Virus record (IMG/VR): IMGVR_UViG_3300008110_000044
Source of the DNA: an uncultured virus (IMG/VR IMGVR_UViG_3300008110_000044)
Lineage: Duplodnaviria > Heunggongvirae > Uroviricota > Caudoviricetes
Reading direction: 5' to 3' (one strand)
Length of the DNA: 64,000 nt
The translations under genes were made by a program, and so were the position numbers. Shown here in pieces: positions 17,901 through 27,011 of the stretch (its first letter is position 1; each line of letters begins with the position of its first letter). The notes under the pieces were generated by a model. That model saw only the letters and a list, made by a program, of their open reading frames with translations. It ran no database searches and had not been told where the DNA came from.

Positions 17901-18687
17901 TTTCAACCCTTTCTCTTAGCTCAGGCTCTACTACATCCTCAAATGTATTGATACCTAGTATCTTATTTATATTCTTCCAAGCTTTAATTATATCATCTGC
18001 AAAACGTACCTCAGTAAAGTTAACCACGGGACCAGAAAGAATACCACGAACCATATTCATGTCACTAAGACCTTGAGCTATTACATACTCAATTTGGTTA
18101 TTCTTAGTAAGTGTTTCTATCTGCTGATTAAGCTTCTTTATTACATTATTGTAATAACGCTCACGCTCAATCTTCTGATCCTTTGTATACTCTTTATTTA
18201 ACTTAGACTTTTCACGAGCTTGTACTGCAAGGTTTATACGATCTCTTAACTCCCTAATAGTAAGCTCAACCTGTTTCATCAGTCTTTTAGTAGACTTAGT
18301 TCTAGCAGATCTGAATCTTGTTTGTACAGGAGGTACTTGTGAAGTAAACTCATAGATAGACTTCTTATCCCCACGAGAGTTCTCAATCATTTCATCTTTG
18401 TCAAGCACAGGCTCTTGAGTCCACTCACCATAAAACTGCTTGAACTTCTTATCATAAACAGTAAGGTAAATACCCAAAGCTAGTTCCTCAGGATCAGTTG
18501 TATTGTTTATATACTTTCCAACATAGTTTTCTTCTAAAGAATTAACTACTGAAGATGCATATAAACTTGGTAAACCTTCCTGTATGTTCTGGAGTATCTG
18601 ATAGTAAAGCTTTGACGGGGTCTTCCCATCAGGTAGATTTACATCAGTTATAACACCAGATTTATTTCTTTTTATGTAACAAGCCAT
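14905..18687 (-). CDS. Giant virion cargo/ejection protein (third of the vRNAP gene trio), 1260 aa
   Basis: Directly downstream of the vRNAP as in crAss-like phages; helical and charged, with a C-terminal hydrophobic segment; single Cys at position 3. Confidence 0.75.
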   Translation of the reverse strand: MACYIKRNKSGVITDVNLPDGKTPSKLYYQILQNIQEGLPSLYASSVVNSLEENYVGKYINNTTDPEELALGIYLTVYDKKFKQFYGEWTQEPVLDKDEMIENSRGDKKSIYEFTSQVPPVQTRFRSARTKSTKRLMKQVELTIRELRDRINLAVQAREKSKLNKEYTKDQKIERERYYNNVIKKLNQQIETLTKNNQIEYVIAQGLSDMNMVRGILSGPVVNFTEVRFADDIIKAWKNINKILGINTFEDVVEPELRERVEKIMSEVNLSEIKLSNIARKLIVEAYNNSMPEDRKITTKDLDAFKDVSYIHSMARDITTVDNQTVGYLAKIINEANLKISKEHNRNYEDIETAFDKIKDNAEIKARGFDIFIKEQTNKLGMSTLGLRGRFSQAYYDAIRFQSKQLRINLEKAGDDKEAVKLAYRSYNSWIASNTILFNSAPFINAKNHTDDDRVNVINDLKTQGFTEDEIADMITQATKRAKKFEEDSEIYKTRLYLDIFSGDIILEEGEDQDAFVEERVKEWRQLNDPIAFIENANRNTLNTAEFKAFKGGRYSVKFPRKTVEGKDPGYYDENFGKIASDKALYGFYTFFRDFIQEQLNYLPEEEIDELQSNFLPVIVERMAKEYGFTALKESTKNMGDWFFKQLTIVDYDKSAKKDPITEAERQEFKPRFINEEVPTEERSKDLVLMMKLFSDMALVYKHKIQIQDQVDSINDLIQMADATIIEDKFGEKVESGKAPKNLQTMVGSAVLRSFYQIPPEAEGIGKKRRFYNIWEVLTLGGAKSEQYKKAKELQDKIEKLTKALESDELKEDDRAKLEKELYSSKSEYYKLGGRNLSMSSTIDALNRLTRQKGLAFNPFSALRNLAIGGINNIIHAYGAQDFTLQDYGKATNIIRASSAKYISWGTLQSESAEKILKINLDSKVVDNQDDVFKDAILGGINKASNWEKIKKYIPNPMTLMRSTDYLFKSQTSVAMLLGTKVETSKGTFNLFDVMNKNLEFDSEKYGEWLDEKNNGLSFEDFYDKTSAKIGQVAKKLHGFSGGGQSLAGKDSYIGRALFVFKTWLPETVAARFEKRKYDPILERHTEGYYRTFANRLFGDEGVRVGGIFQDFYDAAIKSETSTLSEEEAANLRKLMMEMSVILTLYMTYLLLSSALDDDDEKWKKLLINQLSLLNRDLTYYINPFSFESLTTNVVPGMSTVTQAYTAVEASLNYLAGVEDEDGDLVFDGERTMLKITKALPYVNNVNRIIYYSGRMGDVR

Positions 18688-18689
18688 AG

Positions 18690-21600
18690 TTATTTACATT
18701 GTGTATCTAGAGAATAATTTTCAATTGATCTTGTTGGAGCACTGAATAATGTACCTTGTTCTGGTGACCCACCTTCCATATTAGAAGCAGTAATAAGATT
18801 AAATGCATCATTTAAACCTTGCTCAAGAGCTGAGTCACCCATGATTTTAATACCTATACTTTCAGCTAAGGTACGGAAAAGTTTCATTAGTAATCTCTTA
18901 AATGATTCAAGAGCTGTTAACTGTCCTCTCTCCTCTACAATTGTTTGGTTCATCAGTCTTTGGAAACCAGCATCTGTAAATAACATACTTACAAATTCAT
19001 CAACGCTTGTAAGACCATAGTACTCAGATTTATCTGCAGGAGTTAGGAAGCCTTCACCGTCTGTAAGTTTTTCACGAACAGCTTTAAGCCTATCAGCATG
19101 AGCTGGATCAGACTCAAACTTTTCTACTACTTTGTTAAATAGTACTTTAAGAGAAGCACCATACATACGTTGTCTATCATTAAGACTCTTAGATCCTGTC
19201 TTCATCTTTGCAAGTACATCAGCTGTATAAGCATGAAGTACTTCGTGCATGATGACATTCTCAAGATTCTCTGCTCTTGTTTTATCAGGATGATCAGTAA
19301 TAGCAACATTAGGATTAATGATAATTACTTTTTCAGCCATGTCGTATTGACCAGGGTCCGGGATAGCAGTGTTTACAACAACAGTAACCTCAGGATATCC
19401 TACCTTACTAAAGATACTATTAAGAGTTTTATAGAACTCATTGTTTGTATTCTTAGATAGTTTAGTCAACACACTCTTTAGAGTCATTGGCTTATCAGCT
19501 TTAGGAATGTACTTAGAAACTATATCTGAGTCATTCTCTATAACATCATTACTGTTATCAACTACAACTACTGCATTATTAGGATCTTCTACAGTCTCAG
19601 CAAAGCCTAGACCGAAAACAGAGCCTGCATTCTGAACCTCAGGATCTTCTGTTTGATCTTCAAATGATCCAAACAGATCTATAGCTGGAACATCAATGTC
19701 AGCATTGTTAAAGTTTATATTCTCAGCAGATTCAGTTGTGTTATCCATATCCTCATCTGAAGGAAGTATTTCAGACTGAGCAGGGTTTACATATTTAATA
19801 TAACCCATTTCACTCATAGCTTCTGTGAATCCTTTACCAGTTAGATATTTCTTTAATAGCTGGTCAACACCGCTCATATTAGTAGCAACAAAACTAGCAC
19901 CTGCTGCAATAGCTCTATCTATAAAAGGAGTGTATTCTTTATTAAATACTTCATCTAATATTTTATAAGCTTCAGATGTTTGTAAAGCATCAAGATTCTG
20001 TTGCTCATCTGTTAAAGGAACAATATCAGTAAGATTATTACCACTTACCATTACTATATCAGCTGCAGAATAAATACCCGTATTAGACTTGTCTTTATAA
20101 GCTGCAAGGGTATTCTTTATAACAGCACTCTTGTTATTAATATTAGCTCCAATAAACTGAGTAGCTGTCTCAGCCATGGCAATATGACGTCTGTATAGAT
20201 CAATATTACCAAGCTTCATACCACGATAAGGGTTTGCCGGATTCTTAGAAAGTCTTTCCATCTTCTCTGAGTAAAGAAGATTATTAAAGAACGCAGAACT
20301 AAATGAAGTTTTAGTACTATCATACTCATTGATATCTTCGTTACCGAGAGTATTAATACGTTTATACTCAAAGCTTTCTATACCTGAGTCTTCATTCTCA
20401 AGACCTTGCTTTTCAAACAAGAACCAACGATCATATCTACGGTCATAAAAGCTTAAGTAATCAGGAAACTTCTTTCCTGTTCCTTCGTTTGAGCCAACCT
20501 CTACCATTAACTTATCTAAGTCTTCTTCAGCAACCTTTGATTTATCTAAAAATATAGATACATCATCACTTAACTTATTCATAAACACGCTCTTAAAGAT
20601 CTTATACGGAACTCTACGAGCATGATTAGGATTGTTTTGTATAAACTGTTTAACAAAACGCTCCCTATTGTTAAACAAACTAGGGAAGTTCTGCATAGAT
20701 TTCATGTATTTATCATTCAACATGAAAAGTTCTATAGGTATAAATTTCACATAAGATCCAGCACCTTGACTGTAACCTGTTACAAATGAGTATTTTACAA
20801 GATCTCTAGCAATGTTTATTAGTTCTTCATTACCGCTTAGTATAAGCTCTAGGAAACCCTTGTTATTAGCTAGTTCGTCTATATCTTGGCTAAACGGTGT
20901 ACGGTACTGTACAAGATAGGGGTCTGAAAACTTACCCTTCTTAGGTACAACAGGTCTTAAACGATTCATGAAGTAGTTAGTTTCTAAGAACTTATACTTC
21001 TCCTTAGCATCAATTATTCTTTGAGCAAGTGGTTTTTCTCCTTCATCGCCAAACAATAATCTCTTTCTCTCAGAACCAATATCATCTATAAAACCAATCT
21101 CAGGGTTTGTAAACACATAAGAGTAAATGCTACCCATAATCTCTTCTGATAGAGATATGTACTTAGTTTTACCATAGTTCTTAATTGAACCACTGGCACT
21201 CTTTTCTCTTACAATCTTAGACCGGATATCATTAAATATAGAACTGTAGTGTAATGGTGCAAGTTCAGATAGAACTGCAGTACCAAAATCTACAGCAACA
21301 CTCATGGCATGACCTGCTTGACCTTTAGGTGTAATGATCTCTCCATCTTCAGTTATATCACCTAGTATCTGATCAAGATTTAAGAACAATGAATCTTTTT
21401 TAGCTAGCACACTAACACTTCTTCTTTTATTTGCAGCAGCAAACAGAGAGTTACCAATACCAGATGATATTACGTTACTAGCGTTTATAATATTACTCAT
21501 CTCTTGACCAGCTTCTTCAAGCTTTTTATAGAGATTTAATATAGATAGCTGACCAATAACAAAATCATCAAGTTTAGTTTGGTCTTCTGGACTAATCTTA

Positions 21601-24600
21601 CGGCCAGCAAGCTTCTCTTTTATAAGGCTGCTACCAAACTCTTTATTGTCAACAAGTAACTGTAATAACTTTTGAGGATTAAATAAAACCTCAGGTGTTT
21701 TACCTTCAGTATATTCTTCTTTTGTTTTATCAGATAAAAGATTTGAGTACTTAAAAGATACTTCACCAAACAGATTCTTCTTATTTACGTATGTATTATC
21801 ATTCAAAGAGTCTCTACGAGATTCAAGAATAGATATAAAATCTTTGACAATCTGTTGTGAGAACAATCTAGTGGCGTATCTCATATCCACTATTTCGTTT
21901 TTATCTGAGCTTAAAGAAATCAAAGCTCTTAATGGAGTCATAGCTTCTACAGAAAAATCAAACTTATAAAGATTCTTGTTCTTAGTATTATCCACTGACT
22001 CAGTAAGCATGATAGACGTGTTGTCTGTCTTATTTCGCTCACCAAACGGAGTATCTGATTTACCTTCAGATGTAAGTTTGTAAAGATCCAACGGTGTTCC
22101 GTCATCCTTTAAAAGCTTAATTGGAGTAATAACCTTTTCTCCAGTAATACTAATCTTACCAAGGAAGATATCTTTATCTTGGTGTTCAGCAAGAAATGAG
22201 ATAAGCTGTGCAAAGATACCTGTACCTGTTTTACCACTTCTATTATCAATAAAACTCTTAATTTGAGTTTCGTAGTCCATAGGAATATAGTTATCCGGAA
22301 AATCTAAGAGACCCTTTTCTTCAAACAGATCACTTTCAGAAGGTATGTCAGCAAAGTCAATAGAACGTACAATCTTTGAATAAGTCTTTGGGTGTAAAAG
22401 AACTGAGCTGTGGATGTCTTTATACATCTGTAAAAGTTCATTATCTCCCATCTTAGTCAAAGACTCATATGTATTATCGTACTTAGATATATCGTAAGTA
22501 AAGCTTTCAAGACCAGATACTTTTGATTGCACTTCTTGTAACTCAGTTCTTAGCTTTTCAATATCAGCATTTAGCTTTTCACGTAAGTCAAACTTCTTCT
22601 GATTAGCTTCTTTCAGCTTCTCTTCAGTTGTCTCAGTCATTGCTGCAGCATAAACTTCTTCTAGTATCTTATTGATACCGTCAATACGTTTTTGTTTTTT
22701 ATCCTTCTCAGCCTGTGATAAGTTAACATACTTAAGCTTTTCTACGTATTTATTCTTAGCTTCTTTAAGCTGATTAATAGTATTACGTACACTCTTAGGA
22801 TAGACCATATCATAAAGAGCATCTCTCTGAGCTTCATAGTCTTTCTTAATACTTCCTATCTGATCATTAATCTCATTTATTCTTGCCTCATCTTCAGCAT
22901 TATACTTGTACTTAAGAATACTAGTATAAGCATATAGCTTATCCACGTCAAAGTCAGAACCCATCTGTGAAGTAATACCATCCGGTACAACAACTGTATT
23001 TTCCATAAAAGCAGGTAAGAAACCAGCTACTTCTATAGGAAGCATTGACGAGTGACTTTGGTTAGGAATACGAGCACCAATAAGTTGTAAAATTTTAGGA
23101 TCAAGCTTAGCAGGATCTATAATCAAACGTCCAGACTCGTCTTTTGTAGCTAGTGATTTAATATCAATAAGCTTACCGTTCTCATCTCTTAAGTACTGAG
23201 AGATAAACACTTGTGCACTTTTTATCTCTGACTTATCTTTACGTAAATACTGCAGACCTTTTTTAGGATCATATGCTGAAGTATATATAACCTCATTCTT
23301 AAACTTAAGATCCTTTTCAGAAATCTTAATAGTCTTAGATCCAACACCAGATACCTGTACTAAAGATGTACCAGGAACTTTAAGTTTTACTAGCTTAGTA
23401 AATATACTAGTCACAAGTCCTTCAAATCTCTTACCCTTTGCCATAAGGTAAATAGGAATAATAAGATTACCTTCCTTGTTTACTTTAATAGCTTTTATAT
23501 CGTTTATATCAAAGTTACGTTCTATAGCTTCTTCTCTTAGAAGATTGGCAAGGGCCCTTTGATCTTTAAATATTACCCTACCGTTTTGGATCTTGATGTT
23601 CATCCTATCAGCTAGCTCTTCTTGGTTCTTATAGAACAAAGCAATACGAACATCTTCTTTCAGCTTTTTAAGCTCACGACCAGTATAATTTTTACCAGCA
23701 AAGCTAAAGTCAGAAACATCTAAAAGACCTTCAAACAACTGACGGTCCATTTGGGATACTACGTTAATCTCAGACTTTTGAGTAGGAATCTCCTGCTGAG
23801 TACGCAGACCTTCTCTTGTAAGAGTTTGTCTAACTGCATTAAGCTGTACTTCAGAAGGCTGAATAAACTCACCATTCTCATTAAATAACTGTAGTGGCTT
23901 AGCCGGCATACCGGTCTTCTTTGCAGACTCAAAGTTTGCAGAACGGATATTATTAGTTTCCATTAATACCCTAAGCTTATCTAGCTCACTGCTAGATACT
24001 GCTTCTGGTACAAGAGGATATGTAGATGACTTTACATAGTCTACTTTACTAAATCCATCTTTACTAGTATTAGAACTGTGAACAGGCTTAGCTGGTTGCA
24101 TAACCACATCTAGCTCTTCATTATTCAGTTCATAGTACTTACCCTTACTCTTTTCAATCTTGTCTGTTATCTTCTGCCATATGTCAAGAGATATTCTACC
24201 CTCTGACATTAAACGATCAATATGCTCTTGAACTGTTACAAATTCCTGGGCGTCTGTAGTGTTAGTACCTTTAAATGTAGCAACATCTTTCTTTACGTCA
24301 GCTATTGTAATAGTATCATAGAAAGTCCTATCTACCGGATTACCTTTGGTATCAATCCACTCGTACACTCCCTGTGACCCTGGAGCAATAAACATAGCAG
24401 CTCTCTTACCAAATTCATCCATTGTAAGAGAAACTACCTTATTCATATCTGCAGTAGTCATTTGTTCGTACGCCTTATTCTTTACAGCTTTATCTATTTT
24501 GTCTGTATAGAACAACGCAGGGTCCGCACCAAGAACCTGAAGAGTATTTATCTGTGCTCTTAAGTAGTTATACTTAAAATCAGCAATAGCCATAATACCC

Positions 24601-27008
24601 TTATGACGGCTTGATAAGGTAGAGAATCTATCCATGTATGAACTATCAAAGTATGGATAATCAAACTCTATAATCTTTTGTTCTTTACCAGAAGTATTAT
24701 CTATAACCTCTTTTTTATTAATTATCCCTGAGTCAACCATGCTTACAAAAGACTTAAGAACAGATTCTTTAAAACTGTTAGTAAGTACCTTAGACAAGTA
24801 TTCTCTGTCTTCCTCATTAGGAGCTACGCCTTGGAACATCTTATTACGGATATCTACAAGAGTAGGATCTTCTATAGAGTTAAGGGCTGGAAATAAATAA
24901 AAGAAACGGTTTGCTTTATTAAAGTTATGAATACCAAGTTCTTCCTTACCATCGTATCCGGCATAGTCTAAGATTCTATTTATCTCAGATTCTGCCAAAC
25001 GATAAAGCTTATCAGAAAAACTCTTCTTAAAATTAAAAGAGTCTCTTAACCTAGTACTATTGTTTTTATTAATAGATACATCTAAAGAAGTAGATAAACT
25101 ATCTTTAGTAACCTCAATAACAGGCGTCACTGTCTTATCAGACAATGTAAACATATTATAAAACCCAGCCTGCTTATTATTATTTTGATGTTTAACTAAA
25201 GCGTCAAACAACATCTCTTTAGGAGACATGAATCTACGAACCTTAGCATCTTTATCTTCTTTGTCACGCTTTAAAGAATCAGCATATCTAAGTCTATAAG
25301 TAAATAGACCCACCTCCTTACCCTTGTTTTTAATTAATTCTTCTACAACTTCAGAAGATCTACTAAAAGATCTATCCTGAAGCTCACGTAAAAACGATCC
25401 GTCTTCTCTGACAAGTTTCTTTTTTACAGTCTCAAGATAACTAGGGTTAATATATGAGTAGATAGTTTTGTTTTCACCGTTTCTAAATGATCCGGTTTGG
25501 TATTTATCACCATGAAACTCAAGATAGATCTCTGCAAAACGTGTAAAGATTCTATCATTAAGCATAGCGTTATTAATATCATCATACTTAGATGATGTTT
25601 TCCCTTCAGGATTCTTAGCATATATCTTTAAAACTCTATCAAATGCACCACCTGGACGTAGTAATCCATTAAAGCTGCCACTACCCATTGTTCTAAAGAA
25701 GCCACTATTAGCACGCTCTTTTAGATATTCAACCATCTTAGGAGTAAACTCAATACCTACAGCTTTAAAGAACTCTTGTACAAAGAATACTTTCTCAGCA
25801 GCTTCTTTACTTTTATTAGCCGTAGTCAAAGATTCTTGTAGCTTAGTTACACGGTCTTTATTTATTACAAGGTCCCCTATTTCATCTTTAGATACAATAG
25901 CAGAACGCTTCTGATTTTCTAACCAGTCTTGTTTAATCTGATTAAGAACACTGTTACGGTTTGAACTAATAATCTTTACCGTAACACCAGCATCACCTGC
26001 ACTGTTCCAAAGTACTAGAACATGATCAGTAAATGATTTATTAATTACTGTTAATAGCTCATTAAGAAGCTGAACATTCTTTTGATCTCTTAGTTCAGCT
26101 ATTCTTTTGGCAACATTAATAAGATACGGTTTATTCTTACTCTTTTCAATAAGATCTGCCTGAAGACTGTTATAAGTTAAATTAGCTGACGCACTACCTA
26201 TCTGTAAAAGATCTTCAAATACTTGGTCATAAGAAACAAAGTCACTCTTACCGAATACGTTCTTCTCTACATCAGGTATGGTAGACAAGAATAGCTTAAC
26301 CCTTGTGCTAGCAGTATCTTTAACGTTTACTCTAAAGGCACGACCATCTTCAAAGCTCTCGTCCATTTGACGATCTGACTCTTCTACTTCTTCATCGCTA
26401 TCATCTGAATCTTCCTCAGCAAGAGCCATATAGTATTCATATGTCTGACCATAGTCCTCTATCTTGTCAGCACCAATACGCAAACCTACTCGTGCAAGTT
26501 TGGTACGGGCAAGATCAACAAACTTATCAAAGTTCTCTTTATCTATAATATTCTTGAACTGCTCTACTGCAGCTTGTATTTGTTCATAAGAAAGTCTCTC
26601 TAATTCAGGAAACTTCTGTACAACATCTTGGTTCTGTTTAATCTGATCATAAGCTTCCTGAGAAGTTACCTTCTCCATAAGAAAGCTTAGACGCTTATAA
26701 TCATTGGTAAGAGAAGCTCGTATACCAGAAAACAACTGATTAGGTTTTATTCTAATCTCTTGTCCAGGTTTTAAAATACCAAGCTTTTTAATAATCTCAG
26801 AGTAGATTATATTAGTATATGCTGTTTCCTGTAATGGTGTAAACAGGTTAATATTAACAAAACGATCCTTAGTAAGATCTGATATCTTACTAACTAATTC
26901 TTCATTAGACAGGTTCTCGTTGCCTGGTACAGCAAGTATACTACTAAAAACCTGTTGAGTTTCAGATTCACTATACTGTTTTCCGTTAATGATATATTTA
27001 CACGCCAT
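18690..27008 (-). CDS. Virion-packaged two-barrel DNA-dependent RNA polymerase (crAss-like), 2772 aa, with C-terminal zincin-like domain
   Basis: RIPNQ...GSDFDVDK catalytic motif (DFDVD at 22941-22955); TDAQ...KP...KSS.YPL...SAKKTG second-barrel motifs; HEVLH near the C-terminus. Confidence 0.9.
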   Translation of the reverse strand: MACKYIINGKQYSESETQQVFSSILAVPGNENLSNEELVSKISDLTKDRFVNINLFTPLQETAYTNIIYSEIIKKLGILKPGQEIRIKPNQLFSGIRASLTNDYKRLSFLMEKVTSQEAYDQIKQNQDVVQKFPELERLSYEQIQAAVEQFKNIIDKENFDKFVDLARTKLARVGLRIGADKIEDYGQTYEYYMALAEEDSDDSDEEVEESDRQMDESFEDGRAFRVNVKDTASTRVKLFLSTIPDVEKNVFGKSDFVSYDQVFEDLLQIGSASANLTYNSLQADLIEKSKNKPYLINVAKRIAELRDQKNVQLLNELLTVINKSFTDHVLVLWNSAGDAGVTVKIISSNRNSVLNQIKQDWLENQKRSAIVSKDEIGDLVINKDRVTKLQESLTTANKSKEAAEKVFFVQEFFKAVGIEFTPKMVEYLKERANSGFFRTMGSGSFNGLLRPGGAFDRVLKIYAKNPEGKTSSKYDDINNAMLNDRIFTRFAEIYLEFHGDKYQTGSFRNGENKTIYSYINPSYLETVKKKLVREDGSFLRELQDRSFSRSSEVVEELIKNKGKEVGLFTYRLRYADSLKRDKEDKDAKVRRFMSPKEMLFDALVKHQNNNKQAGFYNMFTLSDKTVTPVIEVTKDSLSTSLDVSINKNNSTRLRDSFNFKKSFSDKLYRLAESEINRILDYAGYDGKEELGIHNFNKANRFFYLFPALNSIEDPTLVDIRNKMFQGVAPNEEDREYLSKVLTNSFKESVLKSFVSMVDSGIINKKEVIDNTSGKEQKIIEFDYPYFDSSYMDRFSTLSSRHKGIMAIADFKYNYLRAQINTLQVLGADPALFYTDKIDKAVKNKAYEQMTTADMNKVVSLTMDEFGKRAAMFIAPGSQGVYEWIDTKGNPVDRTFYDTITIADVKKDVATFKGTNTTDAQEFVTVQEHIDRLMSEGRISLDIWQKITDKIEKSKGKYYELNNEELDVVMQPAKPVHSSNTSKDGFSKVDYVKSSTYPLVPEAVSSSELDKLRVLMETNNIRSANFESAKKTGMPAKPLQLFNENGEFIQPSEVQLNAVRQTLTREGLRTQQEIPTQKSEINVVSQMDRQLFEGLLDVSDFSFAGKNYTGRELKKLKEDVRIALFYKNQEELADRMNIKIQNGRVIFKDQRALANLLREEAIERNFDINDIKAIKVNKEGNLIIPIYLMAKGKRFEGLVTSIFTKLVKLKVPGTSLVQVSGVGSKTIKISEKDLKFKNEVIYTSAYDPKKGLQYLRKDKSEIKSAQVFISQYLRDENGKLIDIKSLATKDESGRLIIDPAKLDPKILQLIGARIPNQSHSSMLPIEVAGFLPAFMENTVVVPDGITSQMGSDFDVDKLYAYTSILKYKYNAEDEARINEINDQIGSIKKDYEAQRDALYDMVYPKSVRNTINQLKEAKNKYVEKLKYVNLSQAEKDKKQKRIDGINKILEEVYAAAMTETTEEKLKEANQKKFDLREKLNADIEKLRTELQEVQSKVSGLESFTYDISKYDNTYESLTKMGDNELLQMYKDIHSSVLLHPKTYSKIVRSIDFADIPSESDLFEEKGLLDFPDNYIPMDYETQIKSFIDNRSGKTGTGIFAQLISFLAEHQDKDIFLGKISITGEKVITPIKLLKDDGTPLDLYKLTSEGKSDTPFGERNKTDNTSIMLTESVDNTKNKNLYKFDFSVEAMTPLRALISLSSDKNEIVDMRYATRLFSQQIVKDFISILESRRDSLNDNTYVNKKNLFGEVSFKYSNLLSDKTKEEYTEGKTPEVLFNPQKLLQLLVDNKEFGSSLIKEKLAGRKISPEDQTKLDDFVIGQLSILNLYKKLEEAGQEMSNIINASNVISSGIGNSLFAAANKRRSVSVLAKKDSLFLNLDQILGDITEDGEIITPKGQAGHAMSVAVDFGTAVLSELAPLHYSSIFNDIRSKIVREKSASGSIKNYGKTKYISLSEEIMGSIYSYVFTNPEIGFIDDIGSERKRLLFGDEGEKPLAQRIIDAKEKYKFLETNYFMNRLRPVVPKKGKFSDPYLVQYRTPFSQDIDELANNKGFLELILSGNEELINIARDLVKYSFVTGYSQGAGSYVKFIPIELFMLNDKYMKSMQNFPSLFNNRERFVKQFIQNNPNHARRVPYKIFKSVFMNKLSDDVSIFLDKSKVAEEDLDKLMVEVGSNEGTGKKFPDYLSFYDRRYDRWFLFEKQGLENEDSGIESFEYKRINTLGNEDINEYDSTKTSFSSAFFNNLLYSEKMERLSKNPANPYRGMKLGNIDLYRRHIAMAETATQFIGANINNKSAVIKNTLAAYKDKSNTGIYSAADIVMVSGNNLTDIVPLTDEQQNLDALQTSEAYKILDEVFNKEYTPFIDRAIAAGASFVATNMSGVDQLLKKYLTGKGFTEAMSEMGYIKYVNPAQSEILPSDEDMDNTTESAENINFNNADIDVPAIDLFGSFEDQTEDPEVQNAGSVFGLGFAETVEDPNNAVVVVDNSNDVIENDSDIVSKYIPKADKPMTLKSVLTKLSKNTNNEFYKTLNSIFSKVGYPEVTVVVNTAIPDPGQYDMAEKVIIINPNVAITDHPDKTRAENLENVIMHEVLHAYTADVLAKMKTGSKSLNDRQRMYGASLKVLFNKVVEKFESDPAHADRLKAVREKLTDGEGFLTPADKSEYYGLTSVDEFVSMLFTDAGFQRLMNQTIVEERGQLTALESFKRLLMKLFRTLAESIGIKIMGDSALEQGLNDAFNLITASNMEGGSPEQGTLFSAPTRSIENYSLDTQCK

Positions 27009-27011
27009 AAG

